A stretch of 62,987 nucleotides of DNA, the filler included, from Hausera hauseri (taxonomy: Eukaryota): the NCBI GenBank assembly GCA_046269625.1. It is 9 parts of 9 records of this genome, joined end to end, with 100 filler letters (N's around TTAATTAATTAA, not from the genome) between each part and the next. Parts side by side here need not be neighbours in the genome. Positions count along the whole stretch, not along the records: positions 46,149 to 54,693 come from JBJURY010607665.1; positions 54,794 to 62,987 come from JBJURY010737654.1; 7 more parts are not named here. The stretch is one strand, 5' to 3'. The notes under the pieces were generated by a model. That model worked only from the letters and a program-made list of their open reading frames with translations. It ran no database searches and was not told the origin of the DNA. This document shows positions 50,736 through 61,800 of this stretch, piece by piece (position 1 is the stretch's first letter; each line of letters begins with the position of its first letter). Made by a program: the position numbers and the translations under genes.

Positions 50736-51236
50736 CACGTGGCAGTCGGTGTACATGCATTGTGGGCGCTTGTTGTACAAAATGTACTAATTTTTTGTTC
50801 GTTTTTTTCTTTGTTGAAACTCAACTTTTGTTTTACTGTACGAAGAGTTTTAAAATTTTTTAGACGAAAATAAATCTTTTAATGCCGAAATTCAAAATGG
50901 AGTTTTCTTTTTGTTATACTATTTGCGGATTCTTTTTATCTAACGTTAAGACGATTAATGTCTTTAAACACAGAATTGTTTGATCTGAAGAGTTTGTTTT
51001 AGGGGAATAACTTTTCTGAATGAGCAAAGCAAGCTTTTCCTAATTCCGAATTTTCAAGTAATTTGGATAAATTTGTTTCCACCAACTATGGAGATAGTTT
51101 GAAAGGACTTCAGTCAGGATTTTGAAAGTAAACAAAATGAGATATACGATGAAATTATTCAAAATGGTTTCTATCAATTCCACATTGAGTTAAATGCTTT
51201 GGAAATCAATATTAAAAATTAGACTTCCTAGTTTGT

Positions 51237-51689
51237 CATATTTTGACAAATATGACTCGATATCAAGTGGCTGCTAGTTAAAGTGCTTCGACTTTTGGCA
51301 AAAGCTATCCAGCAAGAACCCGAATTTTCTCGATATAAACTGATGATAGCGGCAACGTTGTTTACTTTCCCGGTATCGTTGCTAAACCACCAAACAGTCG
51401 TGACAGTTATCGGTACCTGGTGTTCTTCGATGACGGTTACGTGCAGTACTCTTCCCAAGACGAAGTCTACCTCGCATTTCAGCAAAATCTCGACAATTGG
51501 GAAAACATGAATGACGAATCCCAGGAGTTCTCCAAAGGATATCTAAACAGTTATCCCGAACGACCAATGGTGCGAATAAAAGTTGGCCAGATCACCAAAG
51601 TTGAATACAATTCCGAGTGGTGTCCGATGAAAGTTAAAAAAGTCGACGCCAATCTTGCATACGTTAGCTTTGAATCGACGCATCGCGAA
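51237..51689 (+). pseudogene. SETDB1: SETDB1/eggless Tudor-domain fragment
   Basis: YFPGIVAKPP...RYLVFFDDGYVQY...YL.SYPERPMV..KVGQ..K.EY..EW...V.KVDA.L matches SETDB1 Tudor 2-3; two in-frame TAA; truncated before the WIYRGS motif. Confidence 0.88.
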
Positions 51690-51827
51690 TACAAGTTGAA
51701 ACTACAGTGACAAATACATCACCAAAATATTTCTAGAGAAATGTTCCTATTATTTCATGCAGAAGTTTTGGCAACAGACTAACTTCTTTCTCAATATGGT
51801 TCAAAAAATTCGTCCTTTTCAAGAACA

Positions 51828-53640
51828 ATGTCCAGAACTTTCTACAACACTATACGCAGAGAAGCTGCTGTTTACCCTGAGCAATACTTTCATCATGTAT
51901 CAAGAATCCCAAACCAGTTAAAGTATGGTCCAACGGTGAACCGTCATGTCAAAATAATTACCATCAGAGGTCCATCAATGAGTTCATTACGGAATGTTTG
52001 TCCATTGATGGCTTAATTCTCCATATGGCAAGAGGTACAATCGTTCTCAAGACTTTAAAAAATTTACAATTCACAATGTCCAACATCGCAGTGTTATTTG
52101 AGGAAGAGACTAGCGATAAATACGTCTATGAGTATAAACATCATTCAGTTTCGTCAAAATAGAATTCCATTGATAATTATGATTGAGTGGATGTTACCAA
52201 AAAACATTTAGCTATGTCTCGCCCAATGATCTTGGCACAAACGCCACCAGACATAATAAAGGATACCAGATTAAATTACCTGCAAACTGGTCAGTCAAAT
52301 ACAATTCGAATATTGACCGCGTCCCTAGGGTTTATGATGGATAAAACCCCAATACCAGTTGAAGCCATTGTCTCAGACAAAAAAGGAAAAACATTATATG
52401 GTACCTTAGTGGTAAATAGAGTAAAGGTCCATAATTGTAATACTGGAAGGCATGGCATCGACTTCCAAGCATTAAAGTCTCATGGAATGGATATCTATGA
52501 AGTATCCAAGGAACTAATACAATGGTTATTTTGTACCTTTGTAGTTGGAATTGATAAACACCGTATGTTTCAGATATTCGATATTTCTACAAATTATCTA
52601 GCCGGTGTTATTGATGTTTCAAAACATCCAGAAGTTACTGGAATAACTTTCAATATGATAGACATAACAATGTTGCCAAAGAGTTGAAGCTCCCGGAATT
52701 TAAAAGCGGACAAAGTTATGAGCAACACAGTGAGGGAAAATTAGACTTAACACTAGATATCTTCCAGACCATCGGTGAATTGAAACAGGTGAGTTGGACC
52801 CCAGAGAATATGATAGAAAATGTGATTGATGTCGGCGAATTATTTTATCGACGAGATAAATATCTAATAGACTTTTCTTGGATGCATAAAATCGAAGCCA
52901 GCTTCATTAACCCTAGTAATACCTTAAACAAGGAAGATTTCATAGAAGATATGGACCTCAATACACCAGAAAATATTACAATGGACGATGAAGAGTCCGA
53001 AAATTCTGATGACATAATCGATAATCTCGATATTCATCAAATTCTAGCCTCAGAAACTGACGAGGAAGAAGAAGCTGAAATTGGAAGAGGGGTTTACCCT
53101 GTAAAATCCAAAGATATTTCGATCCAAACTATGCAATTGAATTCAGACAAACTATCTGTGCAGATTAATCACTGCTTATCCTGTACTGAAAAGCCTATAT
53201 TCAATTTAGGAATAATTATTAAAAAGGATTACTGAAATCTACCAATACCCATTCATCAAATCGATCGACCTTATTATTTTGGAAAAACCATTTCAACCAA
53301 GAAACTCTCTAAATAGAATTCGGAACAGAATATTTTTATCGGTGCAATATATCAAAAACCGGAAAATCAATATTTTACCGTTCCATATTGAAAGACGCTT
53401 GAAGCTACCTGTAAATTACGGAGTCCAGTTCAATACTAAATTAAGAATCAAATTGACTGTTTCCATTGTACTCGAATCCATCACCGAAACATCCTTTAAT
53501 GGACCTTTGAAATATTTACTCCTGTTGAAACAAAATCAACAATTGCTAATCCCAAATAAACGACCCAGACCAGAACGCACACCAGACAAAAATGTTATCA
53601 ACACAAGAATTGCCATGGAGAGTGTTGATTTAGACGGTTG
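51828..53640 (+). pseudogene. Fragmented 3' ORF of an LTR element with DEDDh exonuclease-like fold(s) and an acidic tract
   Basis: IVSDKKGKTLYGTLV...NT..HGI..ALK...EV..EL..WL...VVG..VIDVS resembles the REX4/ISG20 fold; acidic residues of Exo I are absent. Confidence 0.5.
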
Positions 53641-53942
53641 ATCCAACAGACAAGCAGAACCATCTCAACTAAATCCCAGTACAACCAGTCTCGATTCTGA
53701 ATCCCATTCAGTTGACTTTAGCATTTATTTGTGGTTATGATAAAACTTTAATTGATTGCTGATTTGACATTTATTGTTAAATTCTCATTTTTTTCTCTTT
53801 CTTACTTCTTTTGTATATTGTATATCATTTCTTTCGTTTTTGAGTTGTATATTTGATCAACTGCTTACTTGAACATATTTATTGCATTTGTATTTAATAT
53901 TAATTTCTTAATCTTGCATATTCACTCTTAAGGGTAGGGGAA

Positions 53943-54456
53943 TGTTGTATAGGCCTGACAAATGTAGCTATTGATTGATCAGCTACTATACGCAGGTCGA
54001 CTTCAATCTATTCATAAATTTTGTTACTTAATTTTGATGTTAAAAATAGACCATCGGGTCTTCAATGCGATATTTTGCTTCCCCCAAATTACTACTAATT
54101 TTAGCGCTTGAATAATTATAAAAGGGAAAGAAAATTTTAGTAGAGTGAATAGTATTTTTGTGAAGAAATTTACTTGAGAAAATTTTGAATGTTTTTGTTG
54201 TTGAGTTCAGTATCAAATTGATTTGAAAATTCTGATAATTCTCTTTGTTTATTCCCGTATTGAGAGCAATGTTTATTTGGATTTTGGAAGCTTAATAAAG
54301 TTGTATTATTGATATTTATTTTTTAAATAAAATTCTCTAACCCAGATTAACAGAAAGTCGGAGTTAATTAATCAGCCTCTTTCTACACGCATTGACTAAA
54401 AATACATTATTAATTATTTGAAAATAACCCTCAGAAGGTATTTTGGTGATTCTACA
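53943..54456 (+). repeat. Probable 3' LTR preceded by PPT AAGGGTAGGGGAA
   Basis: PPT 53930-53942, TGTTG start, TATAAAA near 54117, AATAAA near 54294 and 54327, candidate end TACA. Confidence 0.6.
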
Positions 54457-54885
54457 TATTTCTGGAAACCTCCTAGTGAATCCTGAGAAATATACTTTGT
54501 CTTTATTAATTAAATCCAGCTAAAATAGCAATGCGTTGGACAATAGAAAACACCGCATTGGCCAACGATTTTAAAACAAAAACTTATTGTGTATAAAAAT
54601 ATTGCACTTCATATAGTACTAAAATTGTATAATTTAATTTTAAATAGATAAATCTCTGAATTTTTCTTCTCTACGTATGTAACTTTCTGTTCCNNNNNNN
54701 NNNNNNNNNNNNNNNNNNNNNNNNNNNNNNNNNNNNNTTAATTAATTAANNNNNNNNNNNNNNNNNNNNNNNNNNNNNNNNNNNNNNNNNNNNTTGTTGT
54801 TGTTGTTTTACTGTTCTTCTTTCATTAACTCAATTAACTAGTATAAATATATAGGAGTTTTTGTCATATTGGTATAAGACGTGAA

Positions 54886-55356
54886 ATGATAATGGATTAC
54901 GTGAAGATTATTCTGACAGATGAAAATGCAACTGTTCCGAGACGTGTTACAGCAAGCAGTGCAGGTTACGATGTGTTTTCCAATGTCAATACAAGTATTA
55001 CGGACAGCACAATCAAATGCATAACGACCGGTATTCGATTGGCAATTCCATCGGGCTATTACGGTCAACTGATATCGAAAAGCGGATTAGCAAAACTCGG
55101 ACTGACTGTTGTCGGTGGTGTAATTGATTCGGACTTTCGTGGTGAAATCAAAGTGTTGCTGGAAAACCAATCCGGTGAAACGTATGACATTTTAAAGGGT
55201 AACGCAATCGCACAAATCGTTTTTCTGCGATGTGAAGAGGCGGAATTCAGTGTAATGTCACCGGAACAATGGGGACTGTTTTGTGTCAATGAAGCAACAC
55301 AAAATGAACGCAAAGAATTCGGTTTCGGTGAAATGGACAAAACCATTTATGTTTAA
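54886..55356 (+). CDS. dut: Trimeric dUTPase (variant motifs)
   Basis: Motifs SAGYDV, ISKSGLA, GVIDSDFRGEI, IAQIV, RKEFGFG. Confidence 0.93.
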   Translation: MIMDYVKIILTDENATVPRRVTASSAGYDVFSNVNTSITDSTIKCITTGIRLAIPSGYYGQLISKSGLAKLGLTVVGGVIDSDFRGEIKVLLENQSGETYDILKGNAIAQIVFLRCEEAEFSVMSPEQWGLFCVNEATQNERKEFGFGEMDKTIYV

Positions 55357-55430
55357 TTATTGTCATGATAATAATTAGTTGTTTTGATTTCTTTTGTGTT
55401 ATAAACAAATAATGATTTTGTATATAAATA

Positions 55431-55922
55431 ATGATGACGACTGGATTTATAGATATTGAGGCTTTCCAAGATAACAATGCCCGGTACGTAATAAAGGAAC
55501 TATGCATTATGGACGTCTGCAACATTTTCCACCCACTTGTGTACGTATTCGAGCCAGACATTGAGTGGAAAGAGTTGACGGAAAAGGCGAAAATTACCAA
55601 TGCGTTTCTCATACAACATCGTCATGGACTTTATTGGCATGAGGGTGTTACAAACTTTTGCGTAACATGCATTATGAGCGACATTTGTGATCGCTTCGAT
55701 ATTCGTAAAACAATGTTTTACGTTAAAGATCAAGTTGGAGGTCAGAAGTTTACACAACTGCACTCACACTTTCCAGACTTGCGAATGACGACGTATTCAA
55801 CATTGACCGACTCAAAAATGACCGTACCTGACAATATTTCATGTCCATATCGTGAACATGGACAGTACTGTGCCTATAAAAAATGTTTAGCACTTTGTAT
55901 AAATTATGTTTCATACAAATAA
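55431..55922 (+). CDS. DnaQ-like DEDD exonuclease with C-terminal Cys/His zinc site
   Basis: FIDIEAF...VIKEL (Exo I), HGLYW.EG, YVK, CPYREH...CA. Confidence 0.75.
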   Translation: MMTTGFIDIEAFQDNNARYVIKELCIMDVCNIFHPLVYVFEPDIEWKELTEKAKITNAFLIQHRHGLYWHEGVTNFCVTCIMSDICDRFDIRKTMFYVKDQVGGQKFTQLHSHFPDLRMTTYSTLTDSKMTVPDNISCPYREHGQYCAYKKCLALCINYVSYK

Positions 55923-56028
55923 ATGTATACATACGTATGTATTTTGTTTTCATTTATTTAAACATGTTTCAGACACGATCTGAGTGATTGATATAAATAC
56001 ACATAAGTTGTAATAGTAAATAATAATC

Positions 56029-56499
56029 ATGGAAATTGCAGATCAATTGAAGCAATTGCAAAATTTTAATGTGTTATCACTTGGGGAATTGGTACGATGG
56101 TGGCAAGTAATTAACAGTGATTTAGTAGCACGAGCAGCAGCGGATTTTGGATTTAAAGAAGACTTGGCGTCAATAGCATTGATGACAACATCTGCAAACT
56201 GTACCTCTGTAGAAAATCTAATTACTGTGATAAATCAAATGTACATTCACCGATTGTACGATACAAATTATTTTGATACAGTGGAAAAGTTACGTGGTGA
56301 ATTAAGTAATATGAAAGAAAAAATAGTGAACAAAGTACAAAACTTTCAGTTTATTTGTTTAGTATGTAAACAAAGAAAAGTGGATACTGCATTTTTAATG
56401 TGTGGTCATGTTGTTGTATGTCAAAAATGTTCTAACAAAACTCACTGCCCAGAATGTAAATGTGTTATAACAGAAATTGTACACGTTTATTATGATTGA
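56029..56499 (+). CDS. C-terminal IAP/MDM2-type RING finger protein (putative E3 ligase), no BIR domain
   Basis: CLVC...FLMCGHVVVCQKC...CPEC..VI..IVHVYY preceded by a coiled-coil-like segment. Confidence 0.88.
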   Translation: MEIADQLKQLQNFNVLSLGELVRWWQVINSDLVARAAADFGFKEDLASIALMTTSANCTSVENLITVINQMYIHRLYDTNYFDTVEKLRGELSNMKEKIVNKVQNFQFICLVCKQRKVDTAFLMCGHVVVCQKCSNKTHCPECKCVITEIVHVYYD

Positions 56500-56552
56500 G
56501 CAATGATAAATAAAGTTAACATTTTCATTTTCATTCATTTTCTTCAGAAATT

Positions 56553-57131
56553 ATGAATACCTTCACTTGGACATTAGAAAACTTTACCACAGACTACAAG
56601 AACAATGTTACGGTAACCAGTAATTCATTCAGTTTACAGCAGTACAATTTCTGTATTCGAATTTACCCGAATGGTGATGGTGTAGGACAATATACTCATT
56701 TATCCGTTTTCTTTGCAATTGTCAAAGGTGAACATGATGATACGTTGCAATGGCCTTTTCGTGCAGCGATTCAAATGTCTCTACTGAATAAACAGGGTGA
56801 AGTTGTTTGCTCAGACAAATTGAAAACTGATTTACGATCAACATGTTTTATGAAACCACAAGTTGAACGCAACATTGTAAGTGGATTTCCGAAATTTGTT
56901 CCATTATCAAAATTGGAATCCTTTCTCCCTGTTAATGATGACACATTAATCATAAAATTTGACTTATTGGAAATTCTACTACCATGGAAACAGTCAGAAA
57001 CAGCAATCAAACGACCGGAAAAAGCATCGAAACAACGACTTTGGAATCTTATAGAACAATTCAATGACTTATCCACTCGTCAAATGCATGTTATTGCTGC
57101 TATGCGTGAAATTGTAGACGATTATTTGTAA
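56553..57131 (+). CDS. TRAF-type MATH domain protein
   Basis: FTW.LENF, S..F, YNFCIRIYPNGDG.G..THLSVFF.I.KGE.D..L.WPF, SGFPKF, DDTLII. Confidence 0.92.
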   Translation: MNTFTWTLENFTTDYKNNVTVTSNSFSLQQYNFCIRIYPNGDGVGQYTHLSVFFAIVKGEHDDTLQWPFRAAIQMSLLNKQGEVVCSDKLKTDLRSTCFMKPQVERNIVSGFPKFVPLSKLESFLPVNDDTLIIKFDLLEILLPWKQSETAIKRPEKASKQRLWNLIEQFNDLSTRQMHVIAAMREIVDDYL

Positions 57132-57288
57132 ATGTCATATTAATAAATTATGTCATTTTGTTTGTGCTCTTATTAGAACTAAATTTGTAAAGTAAAGTCT
57201 AATATTTACACTTGTACAGTATAAATAAAGCAATTTGATACATGTACACACATATATATAGAGGTGTAATTACACTTCATTCCTGTCT

Positions 57289-57483
57289 ATGAAAAATATG
57301 TCTTCAGAAAACAACAATTCCATCGTGCAAGATAGCAGTTCCACGAGTTCGTACAGTCCGTATTCGCTCAGAAAGTCACGGTTGTACAATGGATACAACT
57401 TGCACTATCTGCGAACCCCTATTCAATTGGCATTGTCACAGCCGGTTAAAATCAAGCAAACAAAATATGGTCTGTTGGTGTAG
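57289..57483 (+). CDS. Small hypothetical protein (64 aa)
   Basis: ATG-started ORF with TATATATA ~30 nt upstream, in the viral gene array. Confidence 0.45.
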   Translation: MKNMSSENNNSIVQDSSSTSSYSPYSLRKSRLYNGYNLHYLRTPIQLALSQPVKIKQTKYGLLV

Positions 57484-57569
57484 GATTACAACATGTCTCA
57501 TTAGCTTACATGTCTCAAAAGTTACTTACTTCATTATAAACATTCATTCTCAACACTAATACAAATCAA

Positions 57570-57845
57570 ATGGAACAGTACATTGAAAGTGAGATTCAAA
57601 AACTAACTGATGATATTTTGACTGGGTATATGTTTGACGTTCAGTTTTTGTGTGAACTGACAGAAACGAGAATAATTACCCGACGTGAATATATTGAATT
57701 AATTGTCAGATCTCTCTTCATACAACGCATCAAAGATGAAATGAGACGAAAACGTCAACAACAACAATGGATTAATATCCTTATTGGCCTCACACTTTCT
57801 GTTTCAATTTGTATCGTAATCAAAAAGTTGGTTGACCATATTTAA
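57570..57845 (+). CDS. Small tail-anchored membrane protein (91 aa)
   Basis: C-terminal hydrophobic helix WINILIGLTLSVSICIVI flanked by basic residues; TATAAA at 57535. Confidence 0.7.
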   Translation: MEQYIESEIQKLTDDILTGYMFDVQFLCELTETRIITRREYIELIVRSLFIQRIKDEMRRKRQQQQWINILIGLTLSVSICIVIKKLVDHI

Positions 57846-57953
57846 ACTATTTTGCTACATGTTTTGTTTTTATGTGTCAATTACATTTATCTCGTTTCTT
57901 TGTTATACTGTTGTATAAATACCTATGCTTCTTTGGTCCTGTATGATTATAAA

Positions 57954-58403
57954 ATGTCTCACTTATCACAACTCATTTGCCTGTATTACTCCTTCGACGG
58001 TCTCCGGAGTCACCTTTACAATCTTGATCGACCTTTGCAGTATGCTTGGTATAATTCTCCTGAAACGATACTCCTAAGTGCTGAAGAGAATTGGAAAGCA
58101 CGAAAACCCTACATTCTACACATGAAGCAAATTGTTGGCGATATGGATATATTATTTGGTCAGATTTTTCGCACATGGCAGAATTTGGCGTTGTGTGCAA
58201 ACAATCCACGTCAAATGCAGTTTGTGGATGATTTTGTCCAAGGTGACCAGATGGATTACGTTCCAGTGTGGCAGTCAGCGGTTCAGATTTGTTTTAAGCA
58301 ACATTTCAATATAATTAATTCCGACGGACTCGAACATGCACCTACTGAATTGGTAAACCCATGTTGTTTGTGTGCTCCTAATTCATTAGAGACTACTATT
58401 TAG
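57954..58403 (+). CDS. Hypothetical protein (149 aa; ATG 57954 preferred over TTG 57852)
   Basis: TATAAA at 57914 lies 40 nt upstream of the in-frame ATG in AAAATG context. Confidence 0.65.
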   Translation: MSHLSQLICLYYSFDGLRSHLYNLDRPLQYAWYNSPETILLSAEENWKARKPYILHMKQIVGDMDILFGQIFRTWQNLALCANNPRQMQFVDDFVQGDQMDYVPVWQSAVQICFKQHFNIINSDGLEHAPTELVNPCCLCAPNSLETTI

Positions 58404-58826
58404 TTGTTGTACAACAGAATATAAAAATTAAATGTTTGATATCGAGTTTATTTTCAACATTTTCTCTCTTATGTATAAAATATAACCATTAATGACCACA
58501 GTGATTATAGACACTTTAACCCTAGGATGTTAATATTATTATAAATTTATAAACATTTACTTAATCGGTAAAGACGTTAAATTAAAGTTTAATAATTTGT
58601 TTTACTGAATTAATTACATGATTTAAATCAACTTCCAAAATAAATTGTGGTACGTTATTTTGATTTTATTTTCTTATTTTAATTATTTCAGACTTCAAAT
58701 ACAGGACTTTGACAATATTAACAGTCAGATTCAACGTAGGTTACTATTTTTTATAAGTATTTAATTTTAATTTTTTTTAGAATTATTAATTTTCATTAAA
58801 ATAATTATATATTTATATTTGTCGTA

Positions 58827-61800
58827 ATGAGTAATTATTACTCTATTAAATTTAACGAACATGTTTATTTCATCTGTCCTACATGTAAAACCGCAAGCAT
58901 TTGTAAATATGTTGATTTTTATACAACCCATAAAAATCATCTTGGACCTTTTACAGGTTGTTCAAAGAAAAGTATATTACATACTTCTTTGAACAACTGT
59001 ACGGCTTACAGTAATAATCTATGTACAAATGGTCCAGACCATACATCAGTGGCAAAATGTCATGATGTAATGGAAAAATATTTTTCATACAAATATAATG
59101 GGCAAGTTTTTTACATTTGTCCTGGCTGCATGGCTGTTGAAAGTGGTCTGAGTTATAAACAATTTTATGACTCGCACACTAGCCATTTGACAGCCTTTAC
59201 GGATAAAACGAAGAGGACCATTTTCATGGACAATAGACCAGGACCATCTACGTCAGCAGGAGCAGTAACAACAACAACGGTAACAGTAAGAAGGTCAGCA
59301 ACAAATCGAAAACGGAAATTTCGACTTCAAAGTACTGAAAACAATCTGACAATTAAGAGGGACATGAATGGAATGTATGTTAGCCTCCAGTTTAATGTAC
59401 AGGATGTTGGATTGAATCATATTGAAGTCAACAATGATATACGGAAAAAACTTGAAACGGAAATAAATCGGTTTGAGCACTGCAAAATTCAATTTGGTGC
59501 ATGTGTTTTATTTGAGAAGTTGGAAGGTGATCTCAAAACTTGGTGTCTATCGGTGAAGGCTTCGGAGTACAATGATACTTTTCTCAGTACATCTTCCGAG
59601 AAACTCAATGAAAAAATTCAAACCTATGCAGAACTCGGAAGTGGATGGCGGATTAAAAACATTTTGGAATTAAGTTTTATTTTAACAAAATACTCACCCG
59701 TCATCTACCTAACTGGTCATGGGTACATAAAAACACCTAGTGCTTTGTATCAAAGTAAAGCTGTAGTAAATGTACAGAATAAAGACAACTTGTGTTTCGT
59801 GTACAGTATATTATCTGTTTTACATTATAACGATATACCACATCACAATAACCGATCATCCAAGTACAGCATGTACTTAAATGAATTAAAGTACAACGTT
59901 GACGAAATGCCCATGCAGTTGAAAAATATACCAAAATTCGAAACGGAAAACAATTTATCAATCACCGTCTTCATATATAATTCAGATGTAATATATGATG
60001 CTGATGAGACTGTATATAAAAATCCCTATGTGGACATCATCTATCGAACAAAAAATCCAAATGCTCGTTCGGTACAGTTACTGATTCTTGAGGATAAACA
60101 CGGATATCATTATGTAGGAATAGTAAACTTGGATCGACTGCTAAATATGCATGACATGTTAGGCGGCATATACATCCATTGTAAATGGTGCATATTATGC
60201 CTTCACGGGTTTCGAACCCAAACTGCATTTGACAGTCATATGGCATTGTGTAAGGCACACCTGGATAAAACAACGCTTTACGTGATGCCAAAGAAGAAAC
60301 ATTTAAAATTCACAGATCACAGTAAATCAGTAACACCTGGATACGTAATCTATGCAGATATTGAGGCCTTACTAATACCCACTAATGATGATGATGAAGA
60401 TACAACAAGAACAAAGCATATTCCAATTGCAGTGGGAATGGTGATAGTTTCGTTACGAGCTACTTATTCACCACAGTCTGATTACCAGTACTTTGTTGGA
60501 AATGATTGTTTGGTACGGTTTTTGCAATACATAGAACAATTCGTTTTGTCAACTGTTGCACCATTCTACAAGACGAATGCTCAAACTCCGATGATTCCTC
60601 TCAGCACAGTTGAACAGTTGGACTTCGATCAAAGCATAACATGTTACCTGTGTGAAAGTCATCACCAAGGCCAATCGCTGGTACGTGATCATGATCACAT
60701 TACTGGTAAATATCTCGGTGCAGCTTGCAAATCATGTAATCTGTCCCGACAAATTCGCCCACAACTACCCGTTGTTTTCCATAATTTCCGAGGCTATGAT
60801 TCACACCATATTGTTAAACATGCTTTGAGCAAATTTAAACATTGGTCACTGAGTGTTGTACCTCAGTCAACCGAAAAGTTCTTGGCGCTTTTTGCACATT
60901 TGCATGGTGTTACAATACGCTTCATGGACTCGTACCAATTTCTCAGTGATTCATTAGCACGGTTATCTTCATGTATCGACAGCTTTCCACTAACGAGTAC
61001 TGCATTTCCAAACAACACCATCCATAAAAAAGGAATATTTCCATACACGTTCGCAACATCACTGGATATACTGCAGAATACAACAAGTCTTCCACCAAAG
61101 TGGGCCGGTATAACAGATGTAGAGTATGATGAGGCACATGATGCTTGGATTTCAGCAGGATGTCAATCACTACTGGACTACATGTTGTATTACTTGCGTC
61201 TCGACGTATACCTGTTAGCAGACATTTTCCAAGCGTTTCGAACTAAAGCACTTCAGGAAGATGGTTTGGAGCCGCTTTGTTTTCTTTCAATACCAGGATT
61301 GAGTTGGTCAAGTGCTTTAAAAACTCTCACAGACCCATTGGATTTACTACATGATTCAGATATGTACAGATTTTTCAACCTGGCCATTCGCGGAGGAATG
61401 ACATTTGTCAATACTCACCATACCAAATCTGATGCTGAAACGAGCCTACTGTATATTGACATCAACAATTTGTACGGATGGGCTCTCTCTCAACCTTTAC
61501 CATGCAGTGACTTTTCATGGATACTCGGTGATGGATTGGAGCAAATATGTATGGATTTACTACAGTTGGACACAGTTACGTCAAAATATGGATACACAAT
61601 GGAAGTGGATTTAGTTATTCCCGATGAGTACCATGATAAATTAGATCAACTACCACTTGCTCCCGAACTCAAATGTCCACCAAACAGTACTGTGAAAAAA
61701 TTGCTTTTGACTCATAGTCCAAAATACAACTATGTAATACATTGGAGATTACTTCAATGCTTTGTAAATCTCGGAGCTAAGGTAGTTAAGGTACATCGGA

